Below, in pieces: positions 1 through 8,931 of a stretch of 64,000 nt of DNA. The position numbers and the translations under genes were made by a program. The notes under the pieces are model-generated. The model had not been told where the DNA came from and searched no databases. It saw only the letters and a program-made list of their open reading frames with translations. How positions within the stretch are numbered: the stretch's first letter is position 1; each line of letters opens with the position of its first letter. The stretch spans positions 283,800 to 347,799 of the forward strand of contig CBDVDR010000001.1 in NCBI GenBank assembly GCA_965372795.1. The letters run 5' to 3'. Source of the stretch: an uncultured bacterium (GTDB lineage: Bacteria; Zixibacteria; MSB-5A5; GN15; FEB-12).

Positions 1-462
1 GATAGTGAAATGAAAGATGAAAAAGGTTCGAAAGATCAAATAATCAATTTCAATCCTACAATCAACACTACCTCTAATGCCGATGCAACAGCAGATGTTG
101 ACATTGAAATAACAAATGAAATTCAAATCAACATCAATGGTTTATCCGGTGCCTTTGATAATTTAAAAGATGATCTCTTGGATGAAGCAGAAGACGATGA
201 TACTAAAAAATCGGTAGAAAAAGAAATAGCTAAAGTCAAAAAAGCCTTTGAACAACTTCAACAATCAAAAACAAAAGATGATGTACATACTGGTGCAATG
301 GGTCGCATCAATAGATTTATCAAAAAAATACACGATACAAATACAACGATAGGTAAAGTCTTTGGCAAAATTGAAGATAATGTCTGCCTGGCTCAGGATT
401 TAGCTGGCTACTATAATAAAATCGCTCTTTTGTCTGGCTTACCACCTGTAGATATTTTCTAA
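1..462 (+). CDS. 3' end of a protein truncated by the window edge; C-terminus resembles that of bacterial LRR-Roc-COR (Roco) proteins
   Basis: Frame is open from base 1. It ends LAQDLAGYYNKIALLSGLPPV, similar to the recalled 'xAQxIAxxYNxIAxWxGLPxVP' tail of prokaryotic Roco proteins. Not searched. Confidence 0.45.
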   Translation, partial: DSEMKDEKGSKDQIINFNPTINTTSNADATADVDIEITNEIQININGLSGAFDNLKDDLLDEAEDDDTKKSVEKEIAKVKKAFEQLQQSKTKDDVHTGAMGRINRFIKKIHDTNTTIGKVFGKIEDNVCLAQDLAGYYNKIALLSGLPPVDIF

Positions 463-540
463 AAGAAAGAATAAGGTAAGCCCACGCATGGCAGAACCCC
501 GCCTTTGGCGGACTATTAGCCTTTAGTGCTCCTGCCAATT

Positions 541-567
541 TGTCGAAACCGCAGAGGTTCGACCTAC
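541..567 (-). repeat. REP-like hairpin (GTAG + imperfect palindrome)
   Basis: Minus strand reads GTAG-GTCGAACC-tctgc-GGTTTCGAC-A. Confidence 0.6.
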
Positions 568-750
568 GCAAGACTTCGGTTCACTTTCACCCTAAATTCA
601 TTGGTGATTGAGAAAAGGCTCCCCTTTATAAAAGGAGGAACGGAAAGTTATGCCCAATTTTATATCTGAAAATCTCCCGAAAATAAAAAGCACACGAAGT
701 GTGTCTTGGTTTCGAGAGCTGATCAATACAGATAACTCTTTCAAATTAAT

Positions 751-778
751 TGTCAGGAGCACACGGCTCCTGACCTAC
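751..778 (-). repeat. REP-like hairpin (GTAG + perfect palindrome)
   Basis: Minus strand reads GTAG-GTCAGGAGC-cgtgt-GCTCCTGAC-A, with the same TGTC...GACCTAC frame as 541-567. Confidence 0.65.
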
Positions 779-800
779 TCAAAAAGAAAACACAAAAGTA

Positions 801-1146
801 ACAAAACGAACCCATTTGGGTTGTACAAGGAATCACCACAATGACTTACAACAAAAAAATGTTTTTTTGGGGGTGCCACACCGCTTGCTGTGGGTTTAAT
901 ATTCATACTACAAAAAAAAATCTAAATTATGCCAAGGATAAACACACGAAGTGTGCAAACGAACCCATTTTCATTGTACTATGATATACAATTACGACTT
1001 ACAGCGAAAATAGTTTGTTCATGAATATAAACCACACGAAGTGAGCAAACGAACCCATTTTGACTATAAGGAAAATCACCACAATGACTTACAGCGAAAA
1101 AGAGTTGTTCTTGATTATAAACCACACGACGTGTGCACGAAGTGTG
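801..1146. repeat. ~90-bp periodic intergenic repeat with CACAC-GAA-GTGTG mini-hairpins and AAACGAACCCATTT motifs
   Basis: Hairpin-led units start at 943, 1033 and 1123 (exact 90-bp period). There is a partial unit at ~801-850 and a lone hairpin at 691. Confidence 0.8.
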
Positions 1147-1908
1147 TCAGGAACTTAGGTAAATTGCCAGGCGGTCTTTGAATTCGGCTTTAGCGATATC
1201 AACATCCAAAATACCTTTGTAAGCAATCGAAATCTGAGCCGTCTCCTCCGAAACCACAACAATCACCGCATCCGCTTCTTCGGACAACCCAATCGCAGCT
1301 TTGTGGCGCATCCCGTAAAGTTTCCCATAGCGCGGGTTAGTTGTCAACGGCAGCGAACAAGCGGCGGCAAGGATATGATCGCCCGAAACCACGACCGCCC
1401 CGTCATGTAAAGGAGTATATGGTGTAAACAGAGTGACCAGAAGTTCTGATGATAATTCGGAGTTGATCTCTTTGCCCGACTCAACAAAATTGCGCAACCC
1501 GGTTTGGCGTTCAATAACAATCAGCCCGCCATAGCGAAGTTCCGCCAGACGCAGTACGGCTCGGGAGACCTCGATAATTGATCTTCGCTGTTCTTCGGTA
1601 AACAATCGCCTTACAAAACGGTGTTGCCCGAACTGGGCCAGCACCGACCGGAGTTCCGGCTGGAATACAATCACGATAACGATCAGACCGAAGGTGGCAA
1701 GGTTTGAAAACATCCAGGTGACGCCTTCAAGCTGAAACCAATAGGAGATAAATGCGACCACCGCCAAAGTAAACAGTCCGAAAATAATTTGCGCCGAACG
1801 GGTGCCTTTCATCAGTTTTAGAAGCTGATAAAAGATAAACGATACAATCATAATATCGATGATATCTTTTATTCCGAACTTAATAAAATCTAATTGATAA
1901 AAGGTCAT
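1147..1908 (-). CDS. cdaA: Diadenylate cyclase CdaA/DacA
   Basis: Three N-terminal TM helices, FQPELR, PLHDGA and GMRHKAA DAC motifs; lies downstream of folP. Confidence 0.93.
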   Translation of the reverse strand: MTFYQLDFIKFGIKDIIDIMIVSFIFYQLLKLMKGTRSAQIIFGLFTLAVVAFISYWFQLEGVTWMFSNLATFGLIVIVIVFQPELRSVLAQFGQHRFVRRLFTEEQRRSIIEVSRAVLRLAELRYGGLIVIERQTGLRNFVESGKEINSELSSELLVTLFTPYTPLHDGAVVVSGDHILAAACSLPLTTNPRYGKLYGMRHKAAIGLSEEADAVIVVVSEETAQISIAYKGILDVDIAKAEFKDRLAIYLSS

Positions 1909-2786
1909 TTTGTTTCTCTTATAGCTTGCAAAACTTTCAGGGCTTCAACCGTTTGCTCAACATCATGCACTCTTACTATATCGGCACCATGAAGCAGAGC
2001 CACTACTGCCGAAGAAATCGAACCGCCTAATCTGTCCGAGGCTGGTTTGTCCGAATCATGGATCATTCCGATAAAAGATTTTCGCGAGGTTCCCACAAGC
2101 AACGGCAGTCCGGTTTCTTTAAATTTTTTCAGACCTGCCAAAAGCTCAAGGTTATCATTCAGCCGTTTTCCAAACCCGATTCCGGGATCGAGAATAATTT
2201 TTGAACGGTCAATCCCTTTGCTTTCACAGTACGAAATTCTTTCCTTAAAAAAAAGCAATATCTCTGCGACACAATCCTGATAATTTGGTTTTTTCTGCAT
2301 TCCCCCAGGCTCCCCCTGCATATGCATCAGCACGATGGGCGCTTTCCGCTTCGCCACTAATTTTGCCATTCCGGAATCAAACCGCAAAGCCGAAATATCA
2401 TTCACAATATCCGCTCCCGCATCAAGTGCCTGCCGGGCGGTTTCAGCCTTATAAGTGTCAATAGAAATCGGAACGGTGCTTTCTTTACGAATCATTTTGA
2501 TTACCGGAATCACGCGGCTAAGTTCTTCATCAAGTAAAACCGGTTCCGCTCCGGGACGGGCGGATTCTCCGCCGATATCGACAATATCCGCCCCCTGTTG
2601 TTCCATTTCGATAGCTTTTCTAAATGCCTTTTCAAGGTTTGAATATTCGCTGCCATCGGAAAAAGAATCCGGGGTGACATTCAGGATGCCCATAATCAAC
2701 GGTCGGCTTAGAGCAATCTGATTACCGTTTGAAAGCGGGATCACTTTTTTTATCTCTTCAGTACGTTTTAAAATCTGTTTTGACAT
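1905..2786 (-). CDS. folP: Dihydropteroate synthase
   Basis: MGILNVTPDSFSDG, DIGGESARPG, DPGIGFGK, SRKSF and RVHDV motifs. Confidence 0.97.
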   Translation of the reverse strand: MSKQILKRTEEIKKVIPLSNGNQIALSRPLIMGILNVTPDSFSDGSEYSNLEKAFRKAIEMEQQGADIVDIGGESARPGAEPVLLDEELSRVIPVIKMIRKESTVPISIDTYKAETARQALDAGADIVNDISALRFDSGMAKLVAKRKAPIVLMHMQGEPGGMQKKPNYQDCVAEILLFFKERISYCESKGIDRSKIILDPGIGFGKRLNDNLELLAGLKKFKETGLPLLVGTSRKSFIGMIHDSDKPASDRLGGSISSAVVALLHGADIVRVHDVEQTVEALKVLQAIRETK

Positions 2787-2860
2787 ATTGACCGTTAAGT
2801 TTTGTTTCTATCTTTATAGAACTTAAATCAAAGATGGAAATCAAGAATAATTCGTTTAAT

Positions 2861-2893
2861 AAAAAAAGCCGGTTTAATTAAAAACCGGCTTTT
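2861..2893 (-). terminator. Intrinsic terminator after ftsH
   Basis: AAAAGCCGGTTT/AAACCGGCTTTT stem with flanking A/T tracts. Confidence 0.7.
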
Positions 2894-2915
2894 ACCCTAA
2901 TCTATACTCAAAATT

Positions 2916-4877
2916 TTATTTTTCAGGAGATGGAATCGGCTGTTCAACCTCTTCAACGTCACCGGAAGATTGTCCGACAATTTCATTAACTTCACGGCTA
3001 TCAATAATTTCTTTTTCAAGAAGTCTTTTAGCCAGTTTATGAAGTTTGTCGACATTTTTAGTTAAAATAACCCGGGCGACTTCTTCGGCATCCATAACGA
3101 ATCGTTTGACTTCAGAATCAATCATTTTTGCAGTATCTTCAGAGAAATCATGGCGTTGTTGAATTTCTTTACCGAGGAAAATATGTTCATCGGTTTTGCC
3201 AAGCGTAACCGGTCCGATTTTTTCAGACATGCCCCAATTACAGGTCATCTTCTTGGCTAATCGAGTAGCCCGTTCCAGATCATTCCCGGCACCTGTATCA
3301 AGCTGGTCGAAAACAATCAATTCCGCAACCCGACCACCCATAAGTACCGCCAGAGTCGATTCAAGATATTCCTTCGAATGAGTATGACGTTCGTCGACCG
3401 GTAAAGATTGAGTCACACCAAGCGCCATTCCCCGAGGAATAATTGTAACTTTGTGAACCGGGTCAGCTTTAGGCAGATATTTTGAAACTAGAGTATGACC
3501 GGCTTCATGATAAGCAATCACTTTCTTTTCTTCCGGCATTATTACCAGTGATCTTCGAGCTGAACCCATTAACACTTTATCTTTAGCTTCTTCAAAATCA
3601 TCCATTGTGACCGAATCACGATTTTTTCGTGATGCTAACAGAGCAGCTTCATTAACCATATTGGCCAGATCGGCACCGGTCATTCCGGGAGTACCCCTTG
3701 CAAGAACAGTCAGATCAACATCATCACTAATCTTAACTTTTCGAACATGAACGTTAAGAATTCCTTCTCTACCTTTAACATCAGGATTTCCAACAACAAT
3801 TTGCCGATCAAATCGACCGGGACGCAACAGGGCCGGGTCGAGCACATCAGGACGGTTTGTTGCGGCAATCAAGATGACACCTTCATTAGATTCAAAGCCA
3901 TCCATTTCAACCAGCAATTGATTTAATGTTTGTTCACGTTCATCATGTCCCCCGCCTAATCCGGTTCCACGATGGCGACCAACAGCATCAATTTCATCAA
4001 TAAAGATAATACACGGGGCATTTTTCTTGCCTTGTTCAAACAGATCACGAACCCGGCTGGCACCAACCCCGACAAACATCTCGACAAAATCCGAACCCGA
4101 CATCGAGAAAAACGGCACGCCTGCTTCACCAGCCACAGCTCTTGCAAGCAAAGTTTTACCGGTTCCCGGAGGACCCAGCAAAAGAGCGCCTTTGGGAATT
4201 TTCCCGCCCAGTTTCTGGAATTTACCGGGCTCATTGAGAAATTCGATTATTTCCATCAGTTCTTCTTTTGCCTCTTCGGCTCCAGCAACATCCTTAAAAG
4301 TTACTTTTGGACGTTCATCAGTTATAAGTTTGGCTTTACTTTTCCCAAAAGAAAATAGTCCTTTTGGACCTGAACCGCCTTGCATCTGCTTTATAAAAAA
4401 CAGCCAGAGAAGGATAAGAAATATCCAGGGGGCTATTGAGATAAGGATCGAGAATAGATCGGGACCTTTTATTTTAGCCGTAATGTTGATATCGTTTTCT
4501 TCGAGCCTTTTTACAATTTCATAATTTATATCCGGAAACGGAATACGGGTTTTAAATTTGGAATAGGAATTTGAAGAATTTGATGAAGCAAAAATTTGGG
4601 CTTCACTGAGTCGACCTTCAATTTCCTGATCAGTAAAGGATACTTCCAGAACATTGTTGTTATTAATTTGAGTATTAAACTCGGAGTAAGTAATTTCTAC
4701 AAAATCCTGATTTAATCCTGTATAGTAAGTATAAAAGACGATTACAATCAGAAAGAGCGCGAACCAGAACATCATCGACTTGCCGGTGCTTCGCCACCCC
4801 ATCGGTTCTTTTTGTTTTCCGTCTTTATCCTTATTTAAGTTCTTATCTTTATCTTTTTTATTCATCAAATCTGACAC
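2916..4877 (-). CDS. ftsH: ATP-dependent zinc metalloprotease FtsH
   Basis: Two TM helices, Walker [19 protein letters not shown] ([20 protein letters not shown]) and HEAGH. Confidence 0.98.
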   Translation of the reverse strand: MSDLMNKKDKDKNLNKDKDGKQKEPMGWRSTGKSMMFWFALFLIVIVFYTYYTGLNQDFVEITYSEFNTQINNNNVLEVSFTDQEIEGRLSEAQIFASSNSSNSYSKFKTRIPFPDINYEIVKRLEENDINITAKIKGPDLFSILISIAPWIFLILLWLFFIKQMQGGSGPKGLFSFGKSKAKLITDERPKVTFKDVAGAEEAKEELMEIIEFLNEPGKFQKLGGKIPKGALLLGPPGTGKTLLARAVAGEAGVPFFSMSGSDFVEMFVGVGASRVRDLFEQGKKNAPCIIFIDEIDAVGRHRGTGLGGGHDEREQTLNQLLVEMDGFESNEGVILIAATNRPDVLDPALLRPGRFDRQIVVGNPDVKGREGILNVHVRKVKISDDVDLTVLARGTPGMTGADLANMVNEAALLASRKNRDSVTMDDFEEAKDKVLMGSARRSLVIMPEEKKVIAYHEAGHTLVSKYLPKADPVHKVTIIPRGMALGVTQSLPVDERHTHSKEYLESTLAVLMGGRVAELIVFDQLDTGAGNDLERATRLAKKMTCNWGMSEKIGPVTLGKTDEHIFLGKEIQQRHDFSEDTAKMIDSEVKRFVMDAEEVARVILTKNVDKLHKLAKRLLEKEIIDSREVNEIVGQSSGDVEEVEQPIPSPEK

Positions 4878-4957
4878 AGGTTCTCCAGTCTAAAGTTAAC
4901 TTTCATGTTATACAAAGGTTATGAGACTATATTCGATAATTATCCTAAAAAGTTACA

Positions 4958-5476
4958 TTATTCATCAACAACTTTACCAATAAACGGCAGATTTCTAAAT
5001 TTCTGGGTATTGTCAAGCCCATAGCCAATTACAAAATCATTAGCGATAGAAAATCCTTTATATTTTATTTCCAACTTTGTCCGGTGACTACCCGGTTTGT
5101 CTAATAAGGTAACAATCTCTACAGATTCAGGTTCCATTTTCTTGAATTCTTTAACTAATGTCGTAACGGTTTTCCCGGTATCTACGACACCCTCAACTAT
5201 TAAAACATGTTTCCCTGATATAGAGAAAGAATTATGTCCCCGGAGTTTAACTTTTTCATCCTGCGTTTTACCTTTTCGATACGAAGCTGCAGTAACAAAT
5301 TCCAATTCCAGAGGAAGCTTGATTTGTCGGATCAGATCAGAAAGGAAAATAACACACCCTTTTAAAACTCCCACAAATACAATATGTTTATCAGAATAAT
5401 CTTTGGTAATCTGTTTACCGAGTTCTGTAACCCGTTTTGCAATAGTCTTTTGATCTAAAAGAAGCTCAAAAGGCAT
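4958..5476 (-). CDS. hpt: Hypoxanthine phosphoribosyltransferase (alternative TTG start at 5509)
   Basis: VLKG, SY loop, VLIVEGVVDTGKT, FVIGYGLD and RNLP motifs; tilS-hpt-ftsH synteny. Confidence 0.88.
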   Translation of the reverse strand: MPFELLLDQKTIAKRVTELGKQITKDYSDKHIVFVGVLKGCVIFLSDLIRQIKLPLELEFVTAASYRKGKTQDEKVKLRGHNSFSISGKHVLIVEGVVDTGKTVTTLVKEFKKMEPESVEIVTLLDKPGSHRTKLEIKYKGFSIANDFVIGYGLDNTQKFRNLPFIGKVVDE

Positions 5477-5480
5477 TCGC

Positions 5481-6863
5481 TCAATTTTCTTTTCGTCGAG
5501 TGCATCCAATTCTGTATATCCTCTTTGTAGATTTTGTAATTTTTACTCTCTCACTAATTTCCTGCCCAACAAGCCATATAATCCCTTTTTGATCACAGAC
5601 AACAGGGATTTCATCTCTCATTACCCGGGCAATTTTTTTATCAGTCAGATAGTCGCCTATCTTTTTTCGACCTTTCATCCCCAAAAACATACATTTATCG
5701 CCAATCTCAATATTCCTGATTATTAATGGTAAATCAAGTTTTTCTCTATCAATATAGACGGTCATTTTACTTATTTTTTTGAAATCGGGCAAACTTTTAC
5801 TTCGATTTGCTGAAATTTTAAAATTTAAAGCAGGAGTGATCAATTTTACCTGTTTACCCGGTCTAAAATCTTCATGGTAGATTAGTTTATCGCGGTTTGA
5901 AATAATTAGAAATTCTTTTAAAACTACAACTTGAATTCTCCCGGGTACAGAGATCTCCTTCCCTTTATTAATTGCAAATTCCACCAGTCGATTTACTACT
6001 GTCTTGTCAGGCATCAAATTATCGTTTGAAACTTTTGTCAGACAATGCCTTATAACTCTTCGCCTAAGCCATAAATCATAACTGTTAAAGGAGTTCAAAT
6101 CAAGCTGAATTTTACCGCCGGCTGTGATTGACACAGATTTTCTGATCATTTTAGCTGAAATTTTTTCAAGAAATTTATCTTCTTCGACTGCAGTCTCAGC
6201 AAGATTCACCAGTGCAGAATTTACCGATGGGTTTAAGTTTTTGCGAATATCTTTTAATAGCCGGTTTCGAATAAAATTTCTTTTATAGTCATTATTGAAA
6301 TTTGACTGATCGATACAGTATTTTATTCCGTTTTCATTCAAAAAAGATAAAATTTCTTCTCTGGATAAATTCAATAACGGCCTGATAATCTGTCCTCGTT
6401 GGATAGGAATTCCTTTTAAACCGGTAATCCCGGTGCCCCTGAGAATGCGAAACAAAACAGTTTCCGCTTGATCGCCCTGGTGATGACCTAAGCAAATTTT
6501 ATTTAAGCCTGATTCTGATGCGATTCTTTCAAAGGTTTCATATCTAAAATCCCGAGCTGTTTCTTCTATCCCTTTTTTTTGTTCTTTGGCAAGTTTTGGA
6601 ATATTGATCGTTTCAATGTGCAATGGGATATTTAGTTCATGACATAATTCCCGACAAAAAGATTCTTCTTTTTTTGAAGCTTGGGGTCGGATTTGATGGT
6701 TGATATGGACAGCTTCTAAATTAAGGTTAAATCTTTTCTTTATTCTACAAAGCAGATATAACAAGGCAACCGAGTCGGGACCACCTGAAAGAGCGACCAA
6801 AATTGAATCTTTTTTGATTATAAGTTTAAATTCAAAAATTGTCTTAATTACTTTGTCAATCAT
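5481..6863 (-). CDS. tilS: tRNA(Ile)-lysidine synthetase
   Basis: SGGPDS PP-loop, HHQGDQAET, IIRPLL and a TilS C-terminal domain. Confidence 0.96.
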   Translation of the reverse strand: MIDKVIKTIFEFKLIIKKDSILVALSGGPDSVALLYLLCRIKKRFNLNLEAVHINHQIRPQASKKEESFCRELCHELNIPLHIETINIPKLAKEQKKGIEETARDFRYETFERIASESGLNKICLGHHQGDQAETVLFRILRGTGITGLKGIPIQRGQIIRPLLNLSREEILSFLNENGIKYCIDQSNFNNDYKRNFIRNRLLKDIRKNLNPSVNSALVNLAETAVEEDKFLEKISAKMIRKSVSITAGGKIQLDLNSFNSYDLWLRRRVIRHCLTKVSNDNLMPDKTVVNRLVEFAINKGKEISVPGRIQVVVLKEFLIISNRDKLIYHEDFRPGKQVKLITPALNFKISANRSKSLPDFKKISKMTVYIDREKLDLPLIIRNIEIGDKCMFLGMKGRKKIGDYLTDKKIARVMRDEIPVVCDQKGIIWLVGQEISERVKITKSTKRIYRIGCTRRKEN

Positions 6864-6911
6864 ATCATAATTAACAGTTTTTTTAAAATTAAGTCAAACT
6901 TCTAAAAGCAT

Positions 6912-6946
6912 AAAAAAACCCCCGATTATTTAAATCGGGGGTTTTT
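6912..6946 (-). terminator. Intrinsic terminator after K+ channel gene
   Basis: AAAAACCCCCGATT/AATCGGGGGTTTTT stem with T tracts. Confidence 0.75.
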
Positions 6947-6972
6947 ATAATTTGAGAAGTTTTTATATGAAC

Positions 6973-7989
6973 TTAAACGATATCTTTTTCAAGTCTTTTT
7001 AAACCATCAGTGGGACCGATAAGCACTAAAATATCAGCTTCTTCTAAAACAGTATCCGGTTCTGGTGCGATTGTAATACTTTTTCCCGGTTGTTTGATGC
7101 CTATTAGAGTGATACTGTAATCTTTTTTAAGATTCGATTCAATTAATGTCTTGCCGGCAAGTTTACATCCTGAGGGCACGATGAGTTCCTCAATTGAAAG
7201 ACCTCCTTCACCCAAGGAAGTCATACTCATAAAGTCCATCACATTGGGCCTCATAGATGCCATTGCCATTCTAATGCCGCCTAATTCATGAGGTATAACA
7301 ACATGATTCGCTCCGGCACGGAGCAGTTTTTTTTCTCCTCCTTCATAATCGGCACGGGCGATAATTTTTAAATCCCGATTCATATCTCGGGCAGTAAGGG
7401 TTAGATAAACATTTTGAGCTTCCTCAGGTAAAGTAGAAATAAGGGTCTTAGCATTTTTAATTCCAGCTCTGATAAGAGTATCGTCGTCGGTAGCATCTCC
7501 TTCAACAACGGGAATCCCTTTATCAATTAATTCAGAAATAGACTTTTCGTTCTTTTCAATAACAACAAAAGATTCTTTTTCCCGGAAGAATTCAAAGGCA
7601 ACATGCCTGCCTACTCGGCCGAATCCGGCAATAATGAAATGGTTGCTCATCTTTTTTATTTTACTTTCCATTTTTCTCCTTCCATATATCTCTTGGAACT
7701 GCCCCTCCAGTGCTAACTGTCCGATTACTGAAATAGTAAAACCGGCAATACTAACCCCGACAAGAATTAGAAAGATGACAAAGATTCTTCCGATTTCATG
7801 AAGCGGCGATATTTCACTGAAACCTACAGTTGAAAGTGTGATAACAGTCATATAGAGAGAATCCAGAAAAGTCATTTCCTCGATAAACATAAACCCGATA
7901 GTTCCAAAAGCCAAAACTATTACTATCCCAAAGATAGCACCTCTTAGTTTTTGGATAGGGGATAGGGTGTTATTATTTAATTCTCTCAT
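6973..7989 (-). CDS. Potassium channel protein (2-TM pore plus RCK_N and RCK_C domains)
   Basis: TLSTVGFSE pore loop, GFGRVG Rossmann motif and a C-terminal RCK_C/TrkA-C domain. Confidence 0.9.
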   Translation of the reverse strand: MRELNNNTLSPIQKLRGAIFGIVIVLAFGTIGFMFIEEMTFLDSLYMTVITLSTVGFSEISPLHEIGRIFVIFLILVGVSIAGFTISVIGQLALEGQFQEIYGRRKMESKIKKMSNHFIIAGFGRVGRHVAFEFFREKESFVVIEKNEKSISELIDKGIPVVEGDATDDDTLIRAGIKNAKTLISTLPEEAQNVYLTLTARDMNRDLKIIARADYEGGEKKLLRAGANHVVIPHELGGIRMAMASMRPNVMDFMSMTSLGEGGLSIEELIVPSGCKLAGKTLIESNLKKDYSITLIGIKQPGKSITIAPEPDTVLEEADILVLIGPTDGLKRLEKDIV

Positions 7990-8188
7990 ACGATGAGATA
8001 ATATGTTTTAATTTGCATATATTCCACAAAAAACATGCACAAAAAAAACATTTTTCCAGCTTGGATTTTCTGATAATTTTTTTAGCGCAAAAATTGCACA
8101 TTTTAGTTGCAATAATTTAAATTTGAAGTTTTTCTTAAAATAGTTATGAAAAAGATATTAATTAATAGATACAAATTCGGTTGAAATC

Positions 8189-8590
8189 ATGACGACTAAA
8201 AATAATAACAAATATAAGATATTTTTCCGCTATCATTTTCCTCTAATTATATATGCCGCAACAGTTATCATTCTTTCTTCAATCCCCGAACTGGGGATAA
8301 AGAAATTTCGTTTTCTATTTGTTGATAAAGCTGCACATTTTGTAGAATATGCCATTTTATCGGCCTTAACTTTCCGTTCATTTTACCAAATATTCCACAA
8401 AGACAATATCAATAAAGCACTTATCCTATCCGGCGCCTTTTTAATCGGGTTTGCTACTTTTGATGAAATTTACCAGAGTTTTATTCCCGGTCGTCATTCT
8501 GATATCTATGATTTAGCGACAGACATTTTTGGTTCATCTTTGGTACTAATCTTGCTTCAATACCGTTATAAAAGATTGAATAAGAGCTGA
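8189..8590 (+). CDS. VanZ family membrane protein
   Basis: DKAAHFVEYAIL, DEIYQSFIPGR and DLATD motifs. Confidence 0.88.
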   Translation: MTTKNNNKYKIFFRYHFPLIIYAATVIILSSIPELGIKKFRFLFVDKAAHFVEYAILSALTFRSFYQIFHKDNINKALILSGAFLIGFATFDEIYQSFIPGRHSDIYDLATDIFGSSLVLILLQYRYKRLNKS

Positions 8591-8622
8591 TTAACAGTAA
8601 TTATGTTAAATACTCAGAGGTG

Positions 8623-8650
8623 TTGACAAATGAGGCTAATACGCTATATT
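8623..8650 (+). promoter_or_regulatory. Sigma70-type promoter for the giant surface-protein operon
   Basis: TTGACA-N16-TATATT, ~280 nt upstream of the ATG at 8932. Confidence 0.55.
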
Positions 8651-8931
8651 GCCCGTAGCTAGAGAAAAAATTACACACCTTTTTTAATGTGAGTATTAAT
8701 ACATACCAAATTGTTCTGACGTTATTGAGTTCAATTATTAACTAAAAATTATTGGTGAGCCTTTGTTTTTTTTGAGTCGAATGAAAATCTATTTAGCATT
8801 TGAATTTATATGAAGCCAAGGGTAACAGAATTTTCAAAAATAGAGTTTTTGAACTGTGTTTAATAAATTGCAGATAGTTCTGCACAAAAATGGAAAAAAT
8901 AAACTTTAAATCTTATTAAGGAGTTCGGTAG

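Noticed and set aside
650..844. 64-aa ORF, and the 83-aa ORF at 320-571 on the minus strand
   Set aside because: Both run through REP-like repeats or antisense to a gene and have no recognisable domain. The 650 ORF does have an AGGAGG upstream, so it is not fully excluded.
943..1146. Possible CRISPR array (palindromic ~29-bp repeat, 90-bp period)
   Set aside because: The intervening ~60-bp segments resemble each other and are too long for spacers; no cas genes.
8651..8931. Riboswitch in the long leader of the giant surface protein
   Set aside because: Only short AT-rich hairpins are visible and no riboswitch consensus was recognised; an Rfam scan would be needed.
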